Assembly (NCBI RefSeq): GCF_021054785.1 | Contig: NZ_CP088239.1 | Location: 1 to 32,000 of the forward strand | Source of the DNA: Tannockella kyphosi | Lineage (GTDB): Bacteria; Bacillota_I; Bacilli_A; Erysipelotrichales; Coprobacillaceae | Length of the DNA: 32,000 nt | Direction: 5' to 3' | In this document: positions 1 to 10,991 of the stretch, piece after piece | Numbering within the stretch: the stretch's first letter is position 1 | How the letters are laid out: each line of letters opens with the position of its first letter | The notes under the pieces: model-generated | Seen by the model: the letters and a program-made list of their open reading frames with translations, nothing else | Databases searched by the model: none | Told to the model about the DNA's origin: nothing | Translations under genes and position numbers: made by a program

Positions 1-1017
1 ATGATAATTGAACAAGCTATTTTAAAACTAAGCCAAAGAGAAGATATTGATTATCAAATGGCAAAAGAAGTAATGGATGAAATTATGAGTGGGAATGCGA
101 GTGATATACAAATTAGTTCTTATTTAACAGCATTAACAATCAAAGGAGAAACAATCGATGAAATAACAGCATCTGCTTCTTCTATGCGTGAATATTGTGT
201 CAGACTATTGCATGATAAAGAAGTATTAGAAATTGTTGGAACAGGAGGAGATCATTCTAACTCTTTTAATATTTCTACCACATCTGCTATTGTCATTGCA
301 TCAAGTGGTGTACACGTAGCAAAACATGGGAATCGAGCAGCCTCTAGCATGTCAGGCTCAGCAGATGTATTAGAAGCTTTAGGTGTCAATATTATGAGTT
401 CACCAGAACGTAGTAAAGAAATATTAGATGAAGTTGGTATTTGTTTCTTATTTGCTCAAAAATATCATTTAGCAATGAAATATGTTGCTAAAATCCGTAA
501 AGAATTAAAATTCAGAACCATCTTTAATATCTTAGGACCATTATCAAATCCAGCCGGAGCAACTATGCAAGTAATGGGAGTCTATGATGAAAGCTTAGTC
601 AAACCACTTGCAAAAGTATTATGTAACCTAGGTGTTAAAAGAGCAATGGTAGTATATGGACAAGACAAACTAGATGAAATATCAATGTGTGCAAAAACGA
701 CAGTATGCGAAGTAAAAGATGGAACCTATACTTATTATGAAATAGAACCAGAAGACTTTGGTTATCAAACATGTCAAAAAGATGCTTTATTAGGAGGAAG
801 TCCAGGAGTAAATGCAAGCATTGCACTAAGCGTATTAAATGGAGAACCAGGTAGTTGTCGACAAGCAGTTTGCTTAAATGCAGGGGCAGGATTGTATGTT
901 GCTGGAAAGACAGACACTTTAGAGGCAGGAGTTCGTTTGGCAGAACAGCTTATTGATAGTAATAGTGCATTCTTAAAGTTACAACAATTTATAAAAGCAA
1001 CCAATGAGGAATGTTAG
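1..1017 (+). CDS. trpD: anthranilate phosphoribosyltransferase
   Basis: 338 aa; VGTGGDHSNSFNIST, KHGNRA and NILGPLSNPAG motifs typical of TrpD; stop TAG is followed immediately by the trpC ATG. Confidence 0.95.
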   Translation: MIIEQAILKLSQREDIDYQMAKEVMDEIMSGNASDIQISSYLTALTIKGETIDEITASASSMREYCVRLLHDKEVLEIVGTGGDHSNSFNISTTSAIVIASSGVHVAKHGNRAASSMSGSADVLEALGVNIMSSPERSKEILDEVGICFLFAQKYHLAMKYVAKIRKELKFRTIFNILGPLSNPAGATMQVMGVYDESLVKPLAKVLCNLGVKRAMVVYGQDKLDEISMCAKTTVCEVKDGTYTYYEIEPEDFGYQTCQKDALLGGSPGVNASIALSVLNGEPGSCRQAVCLNAGAGLYVAGKTDTLEAGVRLAEQLIDSNSAFLKLQQFIKATNEEC

Positions 1018-1836
1018 ATGTTAAATGAAAATGGACAAAAAGTAGATAAAAATAGAAATATTTTAATCGAAATAGCCAATAAAACCAAACAACGTATTGA
1101 TCATCAAAAAACAATTGTTTCCCTAGAAACAATAAAACAACAAGCTTATTGCTTACCAAAAGGAAACTTTTCCTTTGAAAAAGCATTAAAAGAAAATGAA
1201 ATGTCTTATATATGTGAAATAAAAAAAGCATCACCATCGAAAGGTTTAATAGCAAAAGACTTTCCTTATTTAAAAATAGCCAAAGAATACCAACAAATAG
1301 GAGCTACTTGTATTTCTTGTTTAACAGAACCAGAATACTTCTTAGGAAAAAACAAATACTTAAAAGAAATAAGTCAAGCAGTAGATATACCAGTATTAAA
1401 AAAAGATTTCTTTGTAGATGAATATATGATTTATGAAGCAAAAATAGATGGTGCTAGTGCAATCTTACTTATATGTAGTTTGTTAGATGATAATCAACTA
1501 AAAGAATACTTTTCAATAGCAGAAGACTTAGGACTAAGTGCTATCTTTGAGGCCCATGATGAATTAGAAGTACAAAGAGCGAATCAATGTGGAGCTAGAA
1601 TCATAGGAGTAAATAACCGCAACTTAAAAACATTTGAATTAGATATAAACAATAGTATTCAATTACGTAAGTTAGTTTCTAATGATATTTTATTCATATC
1701 AGAGAGTGGTATTCAAACAAGAGAAGATATTTTACAACTACAAAATAATAATGTTCATGCTGTTTTAATTGGAGAAGCTTTTATGAAAGCACCAAATAAA
1801 TTAGAAAGGATACGTCAATTACGTGGTCAAGATTAA
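1018..1836 (+). CDS. trpC: indole-3-glycerol-phosphate synthase
   Basis: 272 aa; EIKKASPSKG, GVNNRNLKTF and SESGI motifs; lies between trpD and trpF. Confidence 0.93.
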   Translation: MLNENGQKVDKNRNILIEIANKTKQRIDHQKTIVSLETIKQQAYCLPKGNFSFEKALKENEMSYICEIKKASPSKGLIAKDFPYLKIAKEYQQIGATCISCLTEPEYFLGKNKYLKEISQAVDIPVLKKDFFVDEYMIYEAKIDGASAILLICSLLDDNQLKEYFSIAEDLGLSAIFEAHDELEVQRANQCGARIIGVNNRNLKTFELDINNSIQLRKLVSNDILFISESGIQTREDILQLQNNNVHAVLIGEAFMKAPNKLERIRQLRGQD

Positions 1837-2440
1837 GTTATGTGGTCTATCAAGTATGCAAGATATCCTAGTAGCAAATTCATTACAAGTAGATTATATT
1901 GGCTTTGTCTTTGCTAGAAGCAAAAGACAAGTAACAAAAGCACAAGCAAAACAATTAAAACTATCTTTAAATAAAAATATTCAAGCAGTAGGTGTTTTTG
2001 TAGAACAAGAAAAAGAAATGATAGGACAATTTGTAGAAGATAGAATTATTGATGTTATCCAATTACATGGAAAACAAACAAAAGAGGATGTTGCTTGGTT
2101 AAAGCAACATTATCCAAACACTCCCATCTTTCAAGCTATTAGTGTACGTGATATTCATGATATTATTTTTTGGAATGATAGTTTAGTGGACTACTTATTA
2201 TTAGACTATGGCAAAGGTGGAACAGGTCAATGTTTTGATTGGGAAGTATTAAAAGATCGTGAACTCATAAAAAAGGAATTTTTTATAGCTGGTGGTTTAG
2301 ATGCAAGTAATGTTCAAGAAGTAATGAAATATTATCCCAATGGGGTGGATGTTTCAGGGGGAATTGAAACAAATGGTACAAAGGATCCATTAAAAATGGA
2401 ACAATTTGTAAAGAAAGTAAGAGGGAAAGAGAATGAGTAA
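1823..2440 (+). CDS. trpF: phosphoribosylanthranilate isomerase
   Basis: 205 aa; GTG start giving MVKIKLCGL; IQLHG and FIAGGL motifs; overlaps the trpC stop by 14 nt. Confidence 0.9.
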   Translation: MVKIKLCGLSSMQDILVANSLQVDYIGFVFARSKRQVTKAQAKQLKLSLNKNIQAVGVFVEQEKEMIGQFVEDRIIDVIQLHGKQTKEDVAWLKQHYPNTPIFQAISVRDIHDIIFWNDSLVDYLLLDYGKGGTGQCFDWEVLKDRELIKKEFFIAGGLDASNVQEVMKYYPNGVDVSGGIETNGTKDPLKMEQFVKKVRGKENE

Positions 2441-3617
2441 TGGAAGATTTGGAGTACATGGGGGACAGTATATTCCAGAAACATTAATGAAAACAGTCAT
2501 TGAATTAGAACAAGCATATGAGTTTTATAAAAATGATGAAAATTTTAACAAAGAATTAGAAGAACTATTAAATAATTATGCAAATAGACCATCAAGATTA
2601 TATTATGCAAAAAGAATGACTGAAAATTTAGGTGGTGCTAAAATATATTTAAAAAGAGAAGATTTAAATCATACCGGTGCTCATAAGATAAATAATGTCT
2701 TAGGACAAGTATTGTTAGCTAAAAAAATGGGGAAAACAAGAGTTATTGCAGAAACTGGAGCAGGGCAACATGGGGTTGCTACTGCAACTGCAGCTGCTTT
2801 AATGGGAATGGAATGTGTTGTTTTTATGGGACAAGAGGATATTGAAAGACAAGCACTGAATGTTTATCGTATGCGACTATTAGGAGCAACGGTGAATAGT
2901 GTTACTTCTGGAACTGCAACCTTGAAAGATGCGGTTTCCGAAACAATGAGAGAATGGACTAAAAGAATGGATGATACTCATTATGTCTTAGGTTCTGTAA
3001 TGGGGCCACATCCTTTTCCGATGATGGTTCGTGATTTCCAAGCAGTTATTTCAAAAGAAATAAAACAACAAATACTAGAATTAGAAGGAAGACTTCCAAC
3101 AGCAGTGCTGGCATGTGTTGGTGGTGGTTCTAATGCGATTGGTACTTTCTACCATTTTATCGAAGATAAAGAAGTTCGTTTAATAGGTTGTGAAGCAGCT
3201 GGTCGTGGTGTTAACACAGCCCAAACTGCAGCAACGATTGCAACTGGATCTTTAGGAATATTCCATGGGATGAAATCTTACTTTTGCCAAGATGAATATG
3301 GTCAAATAGCACCAGTGTATTCCATATCTGCAGGATTAGATTATCCAGGTATTGGACCAGAACATGCTGATCTATACGATCAAAAACGAGCAGAATATGT
3401 AGCCATCACGGATGATGAAGCAGTAGAAGCTTTTGAATACTTATCGAGGATGGAAGGGATTATTCCAGCTATTGAAAGTGCCCATGCAATTGCACAAGTA
3501 ATGAAAATAGCAGGAACGATGGATAAAGAAGATATTCTTGTTGTGACAGTGTCTGGAAGAGGAGACAAAGATTGTGCCCAAATAGCAAGATATAAAGGAG
3601 AAGAGATCTATGAGTAA
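2433..3617 (+). CDS. trpB: tryptophan synthase beta chain
   Basis: 394 aa; HTGAHKINN (PLP lysine), [10 protein letters not shown] and GGGSNAIG motifs; overlaps trpF by 8 nt. Confidence 0.97.
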   Translation: MSNGRFGVHGGQYIPETLMKTVIELEQAYEFYKNDENFNKELEELLNNYANRPSRLYYAKRMTENLGGAKIYLKREDLNHTGAHKINNVLGQVLLAKKMGKTRVIAETGAGQHGVATATAAALMGMECVVFMGQEDIERQALNVYRMRLLGATVNSVTSGTATLKDAVSETMREWTKRMDDTHYVLGSVMGPHPFPMMVRDFQAVISKEIKQQILELEGRLPTAVLACVGGGSNAIGTFYHFIEDKEVRLIGCEAAGRGVNTAQTAATIATGSLGIFHGMKSYFCQDEYGQIAPVYSISAGLDYPGIGPEHADLYDQKRAEYVAITDDEAVEAFEYLSRMEGIIPAIESAHAIAQVMKIAGTMDKEDILVVTVSGRGDKDCAQIARYKGEEIYE

Positions 3618-4374
3618 AATAAGTGATGTATTTAAAAAAGGAAAAGCATTTATTCCATTTGTTACTTGTGGAGATCCTAGTTTAATGATAACAAGAGAGT
3701 TAATATATGCGATGAGTGAAGCTGGTGCTGACATTATTGAATTAGGAATTCCTTTTTCAGATCCAACTGCTGAAGGACCAGTAATTCAAGAGGCTAACAA
3801 AAGAGCACTAGCAACCGGTGTCACAACAGATAAAGTGTTTGAAATGTTAGAAACAGTATCCGTAGATACACCACTCGTATTTATGACTTATGCAAACGTA
3901 CTATTTAGTTATGGAATTGAAAGATTTGTCATTCGTGCCAAAGAAGTTGGGATACAAGGAATTATCCTACCGGATATTCCTTATGAAGAAAAAGAAGAGT
4001 TTGAAGTAGAATGTCAAAAACATGGAGTCGACTTTATTTCATTGATTGCTCCTAACTCCAAAGAACGTACCCAAATGATTGCCAAACAAGCCGAAGGTTT
4101 TGTCTACTGTGTTTCTTCTTTAGGGGTAACAGGAGTACGTACAACGATTCAAACGAATCTAGATGAAATGATTCAAACAATCAAACAATATACAGATACA
4201 CCATGTGCAATAGGTTTTGGTATCTCCGCTCCAGATCAAGCAAAAGCAATGTCACAAATTAGTGATGGAGTCATTGTTGGCTCTGCAATCGTGAAACTAT
4301 GTCAAGAACATAAAGAAAATTGTGTTCCTTATATAAAGGATTATGTCCTAGCTATGAAAAATGCAATAAAATAG
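3610..4374 (+). CDS. trpA: tryptophan synthase alpha chain
   Basis: 254 aa; [10 protein letters not shown] and [17 protein letters not shown] motifs; overlaps the trpB stop by 8 nt. Confidence 0.96.
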   Translation: MSKISDVFKKGKAFIPFVTCGDPSLMITRELIYAMSEAGADIIELGIPFSDPTAEGPVIQEANKRALATGVTTDKVFEMLETVSVDTPLVFMTYANVLFSYGIERFVIRAKEVGIQGIILPDIPYEEKEEFEVECQKHGVDFISLIAPNSKERTQMIAKQAEGFVYCVSSLGVTGVRTTIQTNLDEMIQTIKQYTDTPCAIGFGISAPDQAKAMSQISDGVIVGSAIVKLCQEHKENCVPYIKDYVLAMKNAIK

Positions 4375-4376
4375 TG

Positions 4377-4406
4377 AAAAAACTACAATATCCTTGTAGT
4401 TTTTTT
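4377..4406 (+). terminator. rho-independent terminator of the trp operon
   Basis: Stem aaaaaactacaa (4377-4388) / ttgtagtttttt (4394-4405), loop tatcc; the T-run continues to 4406. Starts 3 nt after the trpA stop. Confidence 0.85.
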
Positions 4407-4442
4407 GGTTCATAGAAAAAATAAAAAAAAGCAAAAAAAAGC

Positions 4443-4471
4443 TTGCAAAACAAGACTATTTTCTGTATAGT
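4443..4471 (+). promoter_or_regulatory. sigma-A type promoter of the S10-spc-alpha cluster
   Basis: TTGCAA (4443-4448), 17-nt spacer, TATAGT (4466-4471) with TG directly upstream; A-rich UP-like tract at 4416-4440. Confidence 0.65.
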
Positions 4472-4599
4472 ATAAATGTTGACGTTGCGAAGATGTGCGA
4501 GGTTGCTGAAACACCGAAAGACGTTGTCATGAAACGGGTGTTATCGGGTTAATTCGCATGGAGCAAAGTCTATTATAAGTAGACGGAAGGAGAAATATC
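4472..4599 (+). promoter_or_regulatory. ~120-nt 5' leader of rpsJ with several possible helices
   Basis: tgcgaa (4486-4491) and a second copy tgcga (4496-4500) can each pair with ttcgca (4553-4558). acacc (4511-4515) pairs with ggtgt (4536-4540). gtcta/tagac hairpin (4568-4584) lies just upstream of the SD ggaaggag. Confidence 0.4.
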
Positions 4600-4908
4600 A
4601 TGGCAAGTAACAAAATTAGAATCAAATTGAAATCATTTGATCACAAAATCTTAGATGGATCAGCGGAGAAAATTATTAGTGCTGCAAAAAAATCAGGAGC
4701 ACAAATAGTAGGACCTGTACCTCTACCAACTGAAAAAGAAATTTATACAGTATTAAGAGCGGTTCATAAATATAAAGATTCACGTGAACAATTTGAAATC
4801 AGAACTCACAAACGTTTAATTGACATTGTGAATCCAACACCAGAAACAGTAGATGTTTTAACTAGATTAGAATTACCTAGTGGTGTGGATATTGAGATTA
4901 AGTTATAA
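4600..4908 (+). CDS. rpsJ: 30S ribosomal protein S10
   Basis: 102 aa; [14 protein letters not shown] and [12 protein letters not shown] are classic S10 sequences; SD ggaaggag upstream. Confidence 0.98.
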   Translation: MASNKIRIKLKSFDHKILDGSAEKIISAAKKSGAQIVGPVPLPTEKEIYTVLRAVHKYKDSREQFEIRTHKRLIDIVNPTPETVDVLTRLELPSGVDIEIKL

Positions 4909-4929
4909 GAAAGGTAAAAGGTGTAACTC

Positions 4930-5640
4930 ATGAAAGGAATCTTAGGTCGTAAGATTGGAATGACTCAAGTCTTCACAACAGACGGAGTATTAATTCCTGT
5001 AACTGTTGTAGAAGCAACTGAAAATGTTGTTCTTCAAAAGAAAACTGTTGCAACTGACGGATATGACGCAGTGCAAGTAGGTTTCGAAGACAAGAGAGAA
5101 AAATTAGCTACTAAAGCTGAATTAGGTATTGTGAATAAAGCTAGCACAGCTCCTAAGCGCTTCATAAAAGAATTCCGTTTAGACGGAATGATGAGTTATG
5201 AAGTTGGAGATAAAATTACTGTTGACAGCTTTGTAGCAGGTGAAGTTGTTGATGTAACTGGAACTTCGAAAGGTAAAGGGTTCCAAGGTGTAATCAAGAG
5301 ACATGGTCAAAAAATTGGTCCTAAAGGACATGGATCTGGAGCTCATAGAATTGTTGGTTCAATGGGACCGATTGCTCCAAATCGTATCGCTCCTGGTAAA
5401 AAATTACCTGGACAAATGGGACATGTTACAAGTACAGTTCAAAACTTAGAAGTAGTTGCTGTAGATGTTGAAAAAAACGTATTATTAATCAAAGGTTCAA
5501 TTCCTGGACCAAAAAAAGGATTAGTAGTTGTTAAATCAGCAATCAAAGCTAACGGAAAAGTGGAAGCTGCACAAGAATTAGTAAATTATAGTGAAGAAGT
5601 TGTGGAAGTAGTGGAAACTGCTGAAACAGTTGCTGAATAA
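4930..5640 (+). CDS. rplC: 50S ribosomal protein L3 (with acidic C-terminal extension)
   Basis: 236 aa; [15 protein letters not shown] and [14 protein letters not shown]; about 27 extra C-terminal residues compared with Bacillus L3. Confidence 0.98.
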   Translation: MKGILGRKIGMTQVFTTDGVLIPVTVVEATENVVLQKKTVATDGYDAVQVGFEDKREKLATKAELGIVNKASTAPKRFIKEFRLDGMMSYEVGDKITVDSFVAGEVVDVTGTSKGKGFQGVIKRHGQKIGPKGHGSGAHRIVGSMGPIAPNRIAPGKKLPGQMGHVTSTVQNLEVVAVDVEKNVLLIKGSIPGPKKGLVVVKSAIKANGKVEAAQELVNYSEEVVEVVETAETVAE

Positions 5641-5660
5641 TTTAGGAAGGAGGATTACAT

Positions 5661-6287
5661 ATGCTTAAAGTTAAAGTATATAACCAAGAAGGTGCTGACG
5701 TAAGCGAAATCGAATTAAATGAAGCTGTATTCGGTATTGAAGCGAATAACCAAGCTATTTATGATATGGTACGTTTACAAAGAGCTTCTTTAAGACAAGG
5801 TACACATAAAGTAAAAAACCGTACTGAAGTACGTGGTGGTGGTAAGAAACCATGGCGTCAAAAAGGTACTGGTAGAGCTAGACAAGGTTCTACACGTTCT
5901 CCACAATGGGTTGGAGGAGGAGTTGTATTTGGACCAAATACAAACAGAAACTACTCATTCAAAATTAATCGTAAAGTTGCTAGATTAGCTTTAAAATCTG
6001 CTTTATCAACTAAAGTAGCGGATGAAGAATTCATGGCAATCAATACGGTATCATTCGAAACTCCAAAAACAAAAGAAATGGTGAAAGTATTAGCTAACTT
6101 AAACTGTGGTAAGAAAACATTATTTGTATTTGATGAAATTTGCCCTACAGTTGCAAGATGTGCTAAAAACATCCCAGGAGTTAAATTATTAGATGCAAAA
6201 CGTGTTAACGTTTATGATGTATTAAACAGTGACAAGTTAATTATGACTGAAGCTGCAATTAAAGCTGTTGAGGAGGTACTAGTATAA
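5661..6287 (+). CDS. rplD: 50S ribosomal protein L4
   Basis: 208 aa; [15 protein letters not shown] motif; cluster position. Confidence 0.98.
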   Translation: MLKVKVYNQEGADVSEIELNEAVFGIEANNQAIYDMVRLQRASLRQGTHKVKNRTEVRGGGKKPWRQKGTGRARQGSTRSPQWVGGGVVFGPNTNRNYSFKINRKVARLALKSALSTKVADEEFMAINTVSFETPKTKEMVKVLANLNCGKKTLFVFDEICPTVARCAKNIPGVKLLDAKRVNVYDVLNSDKLIMTEAAIKAVEEVLV

Positions 6288-6574
6288 TGGCACATATTAC
6301 AGATGTATTAAAAAAACCAGTACTTACTGAAAAATCTTTACAATTACAAGAAGATAACAAATACACATTTGATGTAGAAGTAACTTCTAATAAAACAGAA
6401 ATCAAACAAGCTGTTGAAGCAATGTTCGGTGTAAAAGTTTTAAAAGTAAATGTAATGAATATCAAACCTAAAGCAAAAAGAGTGGGTAAATACGAAGGTA
6501 AAACTAACAAAAGAAGAAAAGCAATCGTAACACTAGCTAAAGGTGAAGAAATTAATTATTTCGAAAGTAAATAA
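6287..6574 (+). CDS. rplW: 50S ribosomal protein L23
   Basis: 95 aa; [11 protein letters not shown] and [17 protein letters not shown]; start overlaps the rplD stop (TAATG). Confidence 0.97.
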   Translation: MAHITDVLKKPVLTEKSLQLQEDNKYTFDVEVTSNKTEIKQAVEAMFGVKVLKVNVMNIKPKAKRVGKYEGKTNKRRKAIVTLAKGEEINYFESK

Positions 6575-6627
6575 TTATAAAAATATTGGAATAATTTATT
6601 CCAGATAAATTCAGGAGGAAACTAGAG

Positions 6628-7461
6628 ATGGCAATTAGAACTTATAAGCCAGTAACAAACGGTCGTCGTAACATGACTTCATTAACATATGAAGAAATTA
6701 CAACAAATAAACCAGAGAAATCTTTAGTTGCAAAACAAAGTAAAAAAGGTGGACGTAATAACCAAGGTGTTATCACTACTCGTCACCATGGTGGAGGACA
6801 TAAACGTAGATATCGTATTATCGATTTCAAACGTAATAAAGATGGAATCCCAGGAAATGTAGCAACTATCGAATATGATCCAAACAGATCAGCAAATATC
6901 GCATTAATCAACTATTTAGATGGAGAAAAAAGATATATCTTAGCTCCTAAAGGATTAGAAGTAGGAATGACAATCATTTCTGGAGAAGATGCAGATATTA
7001 AAGTAGGAAACGCTTTACCAATGGGAAATATGCCTGAAGGTACAGTAATCCACAATATTGAAATGCAACCTGGAAAAGGTGGACAAATCGCAAGATCTGC
7101 TGGTGTGTCTGCTCAAATCTTAGGTAAAGAAGAAAAGTATGTAATCGTAAGATTAGCATCTGGAGAAGTACGTAAGTTATTATCAGTATGTAAAGCTACT
7201 GTTGGTGTAGTAGGAAACGAAGACCACGGATTAGTAAACTATGGTAAAGCTGGACGTATGAGATGGAAAGGTGTTAAACCTACAGTACGTGGTTCTGTAA
7301 TGAACCCTAACGATCATCCTCACGGTGGTGGGGAAGGTAGAACTTCTATCGGTCGTAAAGCTCCAATGACACCATGGGGTAAAAAAGCAATGGGTGTTAA
7401 AACTAGAAATTCGAAGAAGGCATCAACTAAATTAATTGTTCGCCGTCGTAACGCTAAATAG
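6628..7461 (+). CDS. rplB: 50S ribosomal protein L2
   Basis: 277 aa; [17 protein letters not shown] and [14 protein letters not shown]. Confidence 0.99.
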   Translation: MAIRTYKPVTNGRRNMTSLTYEEITTNKPEKSLVAKQSKKGGRNNQGVITTRHHGGGHKRRYRIIDFKRNKDGIPGNVATIEYDPNRSANIALINYLDGEKRYILAPKGLEVGMTIISGEDADIKVGNALPMGNMPEGTVIHNIEMQPGKGGQIARSAGVSAQILGKEEKYVIVRLASGEVRKLLSVCKATVGVVGNEDHGLVNYGKAGRMRWKGVKPTVRGSVMNPNDHPHGGGEGRTSIGRKAPMTPWGKKAMGVKTRNSKKASTKLIVRRRNAK

Positions 7462-7476
7462 AAGGAGGAAGAAAAA

Positions 7477-7758
7477 ATGTCACGTAGTTTAAAAAAAGGA
7501 CCATTCGTAGATGCACACTTAATGAAAAAAGTAGAAGCATTAAGCGAATCTGGTAAAAAAGAAGTTATTAAAACATGGTCAAGACGTTCAACTATCTTCC
7601 CTCAATTTATTGAGCATACATTTGCAGTGTATAACGGAAGAGAACATATCCCAGTTTATGTAACTGAAGATATGGTAGGACACAAATTAGGAGAGTTCGC
7701 TCCAACAAGAACTTACCATGGTCATGATGCAGATGACAAAAAATCAGGTAAGAGATAA
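7477..7758 (+). CDS. rpsS: 30S ribosomal protein S19
   Basis: 93 aa; [12 protein letters not shown] and [13 protein letters not shown]. Confidence 0.99.
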   Translation: MSRSLKKGPFVDAHLMKKVEALSESGKKEVIKTWSRRSTIFPQFIEHTFAVYNGREHIPVYVTEDMVGHKLGEFAPTRTYHGHDADDKKSGKR

Positions 7759-7775
7759 GAGAGGAGATTATAAAC

Positions 7776-8108
7776 ATGGAAGCTAGAGCAACAGCTAAAA
7801 TGATTCGTGTTGCCCCTCAAAAAACTAGATTAGTCGCTGACTTAGTAAGAGGTAAGCAAGTTAAAGAAGCACTTGGTATGTTAGAATATCTTAACAAAAG
7901 TGCAACTCCTGCAATCATTAAGGTAGTAAAATCAGCTGCACAAAACGCAGTACAAAATCAAGGTGCAGATCCTGAAAAATTATATATTAAAACAATCTTT
8001 GTAGACGAAGGTGCTACAATCAAAAGATTCCGTGCTAAAGCAAAAGGTAGCGGAACAAGAATTTTAAAAAGAACAAGCCACATCACAGTTGTGGTAGCTG
8101 AAAGATAG
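7776..8108 (+). CDS. rplV: 50S ribosomal protein L22
   Basis: 110 aa; [17 protein letters not shown] and [20 protein letters not shown]. Confidence 0.98.
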   Translation: MEARATAKMIRVAPQKTRLVADLVRGKQVKEALGMLEYLNKSATPAIIKVVKSAAQNAVQNQGADPEKLYIKTIFVDEGATIKRFRAKAKGSGTRILKRTSHITVVVAER

Positions 8109-8119
8109 GAGGACAGAAT

Positions 8120-8773
8120 ATGGGTCAAAAAGTAAGTCCGATAGGATTACGCGTTGGTGTCAATCGTGATTGGGATTCAAGATGGTATGCGAATGATCAA
8201 GATTTCGCTGGACTATTACATGAAGATATCAAAATTCGTGAATTCTTATTAAAGAAACTAAAAGCTGCTTCTGTCGCTAAAGTTGAGATTGAAAGATCAA
8301 AAAACAGAGTAACTGTTTATGTTCACACTGCTAGACCAGGTGTAGTAATTGGTAAAGATGGTGAATCAGTTGATGCTTTAAGAAAAGAAGTAACAAAAAT
8401 GGCTGCTGGTAAACAAGTGTTTATCAACATCGTAGAAATTAAAAATCCAGATGTTGTTGCTCAATTAGTAGCAAATAGCATCGCAGAACAATTAGAAAAT
8501 CGTGCTTCATTTAGAACAGTACAAAAACGTGCTATGCAAAGAGCAATGCGTGCTGGAGCTAAAGGTATCAAAACTAGTGTATCTGGACGTTTAGGTGGAG
8601 CTGATATGGCTCGTGCTGAAGGTTATTCAGAAGGTAATGTACCATTACATACATTAAGAGCTGATATTGATTATGCAACTGCTGAAGCAGATACTACTTA
8701 CGGAAAACTTGGAGTAAAAGTTTGGATCTGTAAGGGAGAAATTCTTCCTGAAAAGAAGAAAGGAGATAAATAA
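8120..8773 (+). CDS. rpsC: 30S ribosomal protein S3
   Basis: 217 aa; [15 protein letters not shown] domain sequence, [10 protein letters not shown]. Confidence 0.99.
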   Translation: MGQKVSPIGLRVGVNRDWDSRWYANDQDFAGLLHEDIKIREFLLKKLKAASVAKVEIERSKNRVTVYVHTARPGVVIGKDGESVDALRKEVTKMAAGKQVFINIVEIKNPDVVAQLVANSIAEQLENRASFRTVQKRAMQRAMRAGAKGIKTSVSGRLGGADMARAEGYSEGNVPLHTLRADIDYATAEADTTYGKLGVKVWICKGEILPEKKKGDK

Positions 8774-8775
8774 TC

Positions 8776-9186
8776 ATGTTAATGCCTAAAAGAACAAAGT
8801 ACAGAAGACCACATAGAATTAAATATGAAGGTAAATCTAAAGGTGGAACGAAAGTATCATTTGGTGAATTAGGATTACAAGCACAAGAAGGTGCTTGGAT
8901 TACATCTCGTCAAATTGAATCAGCTCGTATCGCGATTAATCGTCATATGAAGCGTGGTGGGCAAGTATGGATTAGAATCTTCCCACATTTAGCAAAAACG
9001 AAAAAACCATTAGAAGTTCGTATGGGATCTGGTAAAGGTTCTCCAGAAGAATGGGTTGCAGTAGTAAAAACTGGCCGCGTGTTATTTGAAGTTGCTGGTG
9101 TAGAAGAAGAAGTAGCTAGAGAAGCATTAAGACTTGCGTCTCATAAATTGCCTATTAAATGTAAAATCATTGGAAAGGGTGAATAA
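8776..9186 (+). CDS. rplP: 50S ribosomal protein L16
   Basis: 136 aa; [11 protein letters not shown] and [17 protein letters not shown]. Confidence 0.99.
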   Translation: MLMPKRTKYRRPHRIKYEGKSKGGTKVSFGELGLQAQEGAWITSRQIESARIAINRHMKRGGQVWIRIFPHLAKTKKPLEVRMGSGKGSPEEWVAVVKTGRVLFEVAGVEEEVAREALRLASHKLPIKCKIIGKGE

Positions 9187-9188
9187 AG

Positions 9189-9383
9189 ATGACAGTACTA
9201 GAAATCAAAGAATTAGATAACGCTGCTTTATTAGCTAAAGTAGAAGAGTTTAAAAAAGAATTGTTCGGACTTCGTTTCCAACAAGCTACTGGACAATTAG
9301 AAAATACAGCACGTATTAGAGAAGTTCGTAAATCAATCGCTAGAATTAAAACAATTATTAGAGAAAGAGAAATGAACAAGTAA
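9189..9383 (+). CDS. rpmC: 50S ribosomal protein L29
   Basis: 64 aa; [17 protein letters not shown]. Confidence 0.97.
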   Translation: MTVLEIKELDNAALLAKVEEFKKELFGLRFQQATGQLENTARIREVRKSIARIKTIIREREMNK

Positions 9384-9396
9384 AAGGAGATACAGG

Positions 9397-9657
9397 ATGG
9401 AAAGAAATAATCGTAAAGTTTATACTGGTACAGTTGTATCTACGAAAATGGATAAAACAATTACAGTGCTTGTAGAAACATATGTAAAACACAAATTATA
9501 CGGAAAACGCGTTAAATCATCAACAAAGTTTAAAGCTCATGATGAAGAAGGTATTGCTAGAGATGGTGACATTGTTAAAATTATGTCAACTAGACCATTA
9601 TCAGCTACAAAACGTTTCCGTTTAGTAGAAATCGTTAAAAAAGCAGAAATTATTTAA
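9397..9657 (+). CDS. rpsQ: 30S ribosomal protein S17
   Basis: 86 aa; [25 protein letters not shown] and [14 protein letters not shown]. Confidence 0.98.
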   Translation: MERNNRKVYTGTVVSTKMDKTITVLVETYVKHKLYGKRVKSSTKFKAHDEEGIARDGDIVKIMSTRPLSATKRFRLVEIVKKAEII

Positions 9658-9693
9658 TCGATATTTAAAACTCTGAAAGGAGGTCACATAGAC

Positions 9694-10062
9694 ATGATCC
9701 AAAACGAAAGCAGATTAAAAGTTGCTGACAACACAGGAGCAAAAGAAGTTTTAGTTATTAGAAGCCTAGGTGGTTCTAATAGAAAATCAAGTAACATCGG
9801 TGACGTTATTGTTTGTACAGTAAAACAAGCAGCACCAGGTGGTTCAGTAAAAAAAGGTGAAGTTGTTAAGGCAGTTATCGTAAGAAGTAAATATGGTGTA
9901 GGTCGTGATAACGGTTCACACATCAAATTCGACGATAATGCTTGCGTAATTATCAAAGATGACAAATCTCCAAAAGGGACACGTATCTTTGGACCAGTTG
10001 CCAGAGAGTTAAGAGATGCAGATTTCATGAAAATCGTATCATTAGCTCCTGAAGTATTATAG
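9694..10062 (+). CDS. rplN: 50S ribosomal protein L14
   Basis: 122 aa; [18 protein letters not shown] and [13 protein letters not shown]. Confidence 0.99.
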   Translation: MIQNESRLKVADNTGAKEVLVIRSLGGSNRKSSNIGDVIVCTVKQAAPGGSVKKGEVVKAVIVRSKYGVGRDNGSHIKFDDNACVIIKDDKSPKGTRIFGPVARELRDADFMKIVSLAPEVL

Positions 10063-10076
10063 TAGGAGGACGAAAC

Positions 10077-10415
10077 ATGAAAATCCGTGTAGGTGATACT
10101 GTAGAAGTTATCGCAGGAAATGATAAAGGGAAACAAGGTGAAGTTTTACAAATTCTTACTAAAACTAGTAAAGTAGTTGTAGAAGGTGTAAATGTTGTTA
10201 CAAAACACATTAAACCATCACAAGCAGACCCTGAAGGTGGAATAGTACAAAGAGAAGCTCCTATTGCAGTTTCTAATGTAGCATTCTATGATTCAAAAGC
10301 AAAAGCACCAGTTAAATTAGGATATAAAGTAACTGTTAATGCTGATGGTAAAAAAACTAAAGTTCGTGTAAACAAAAAAACACAAGCTGAAGTTGATAAA
10401 AAGAAAAAGAAATAA
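10077..10415 (+). CDS. rplX: 50S ribosomal protein L24
   Basis: 112 aa; KIRVGDTVEVIAGNDKGKQGEVL (KOW motif); lysine-rich tail. Confidence 0.97.
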   Translation: MKIRVGDTVEVIAGNDKGKQGEVLQILTKTSKVVVEGVNVVTKHIKPSQADPEGGIVQREAPIAVSNVAFYDSKAKAPVKLGYKVTVNADGKKTKVRVNKKTQAEVDKKKKK

Positions 10416-10433
10416 TTGAAAGGAAGATAAGTG

Positions 10434-10976
10434 ATGAACCGATTAAAAGAACGTTATGAAAACGAAGTAATCAAATCAATGATGGAAAAATTCAATTATT
10501 CTTCAAAAATGCAAGCACCAAAAGTTGAAAAAATTGTTTTAAACATTGGTGTTGGTGATGCTGTATCTAATTCTAAATTATTAGAAGATGCAGTTGCAGA
10601 ATTAGCTTTAATTACAGGTCAAAAACCAATTACAACTAAAGCTAAAAAATCAATCGCTGGTTTCAAATTACGTGAAGGTGCTCCAATTGGATGTAAAGTA
10701 ACTTTACGTGGTGAAAGAATGTATGAATTTTTAGATAAATTAGTAAATATCTCTTTACCTCGTGTAAGAGACTTCAGAGGGGTATCTGCTGATTCATTTG
10801 ATGGAAGAGGAAATTATACTTTAGGTATTAAAGAACAATTAATTTTCCCTGAAATCAACTTTGATAAAGTAAACAAATTAAGAGGGATGGACATCGTATT
10901 TGTGACTACGGCTAAAACTGATGAAGAAGGTCGTGAATTATTAACACAATTAGGAATGCCTTTCCAAAAGAAATAG
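10434..10976 (+). CDS. rplE: 50S ribosomal protein L5
   Basis: [10 protein letters not shown] start as in Bacillus L5. The ORF track starts 3 nt earlier at a GTG; I prefer the ATG at 10434 downstream of aaggaag. Confidence 0.97.
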   Translation: MNRLKERYENEVIKSMMEKFNYSSKMQAPKVEKIVLNIGVGDAVSNSKLLEDAVAELALITGQKPITTKAKKSIAGFKLREGAPIGCKVTLRGERMYEFLDKLVNISLPRVRDFRGVSADSFDGRGNYTLGIKEQLIFPEINFDKVNKLRGMDIVFVTTAKTDEEGRELLTQLGMPFQKK

Positions 10977-10991
10977 GAGGACTTTTAAAGT

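Noticed and set aside
1-1017. trp operon regulatory leader (T-box, TRAP sites or attenuator)
   Set aside because: The window starts at the trpD ATG, so trpE/trpG and any leader lie upstream and cannot be assessed.
4476-4550. Two short leader ORFs in the rpsJ leader (18 aa from ATG 4476; 19 aa from ATG 4493)
   Set aside because: Neither has an SD at a usable distance. The first ATG overlaps the predicted transcription start. They are not Trp-, His- or otherwise codon-biased like attenuator peptides.
6587-6603. 7-bp hairpin tggaata-att-tattcca in the rplW-rplB spacer
   Set aside because: It is short and all A/U-rich apart from two G-C pairs, and no T-run follows. It is too weak to call a regulatory element from a single sequence.
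9684-10136. 150-aa ORF on the minus strand
   Set aside because: It is entirely antisense to rplN and the 5' end of rplX, has no SD, and its composition is the mirror of a highly expressed gene. This is a typical shadow ORF.
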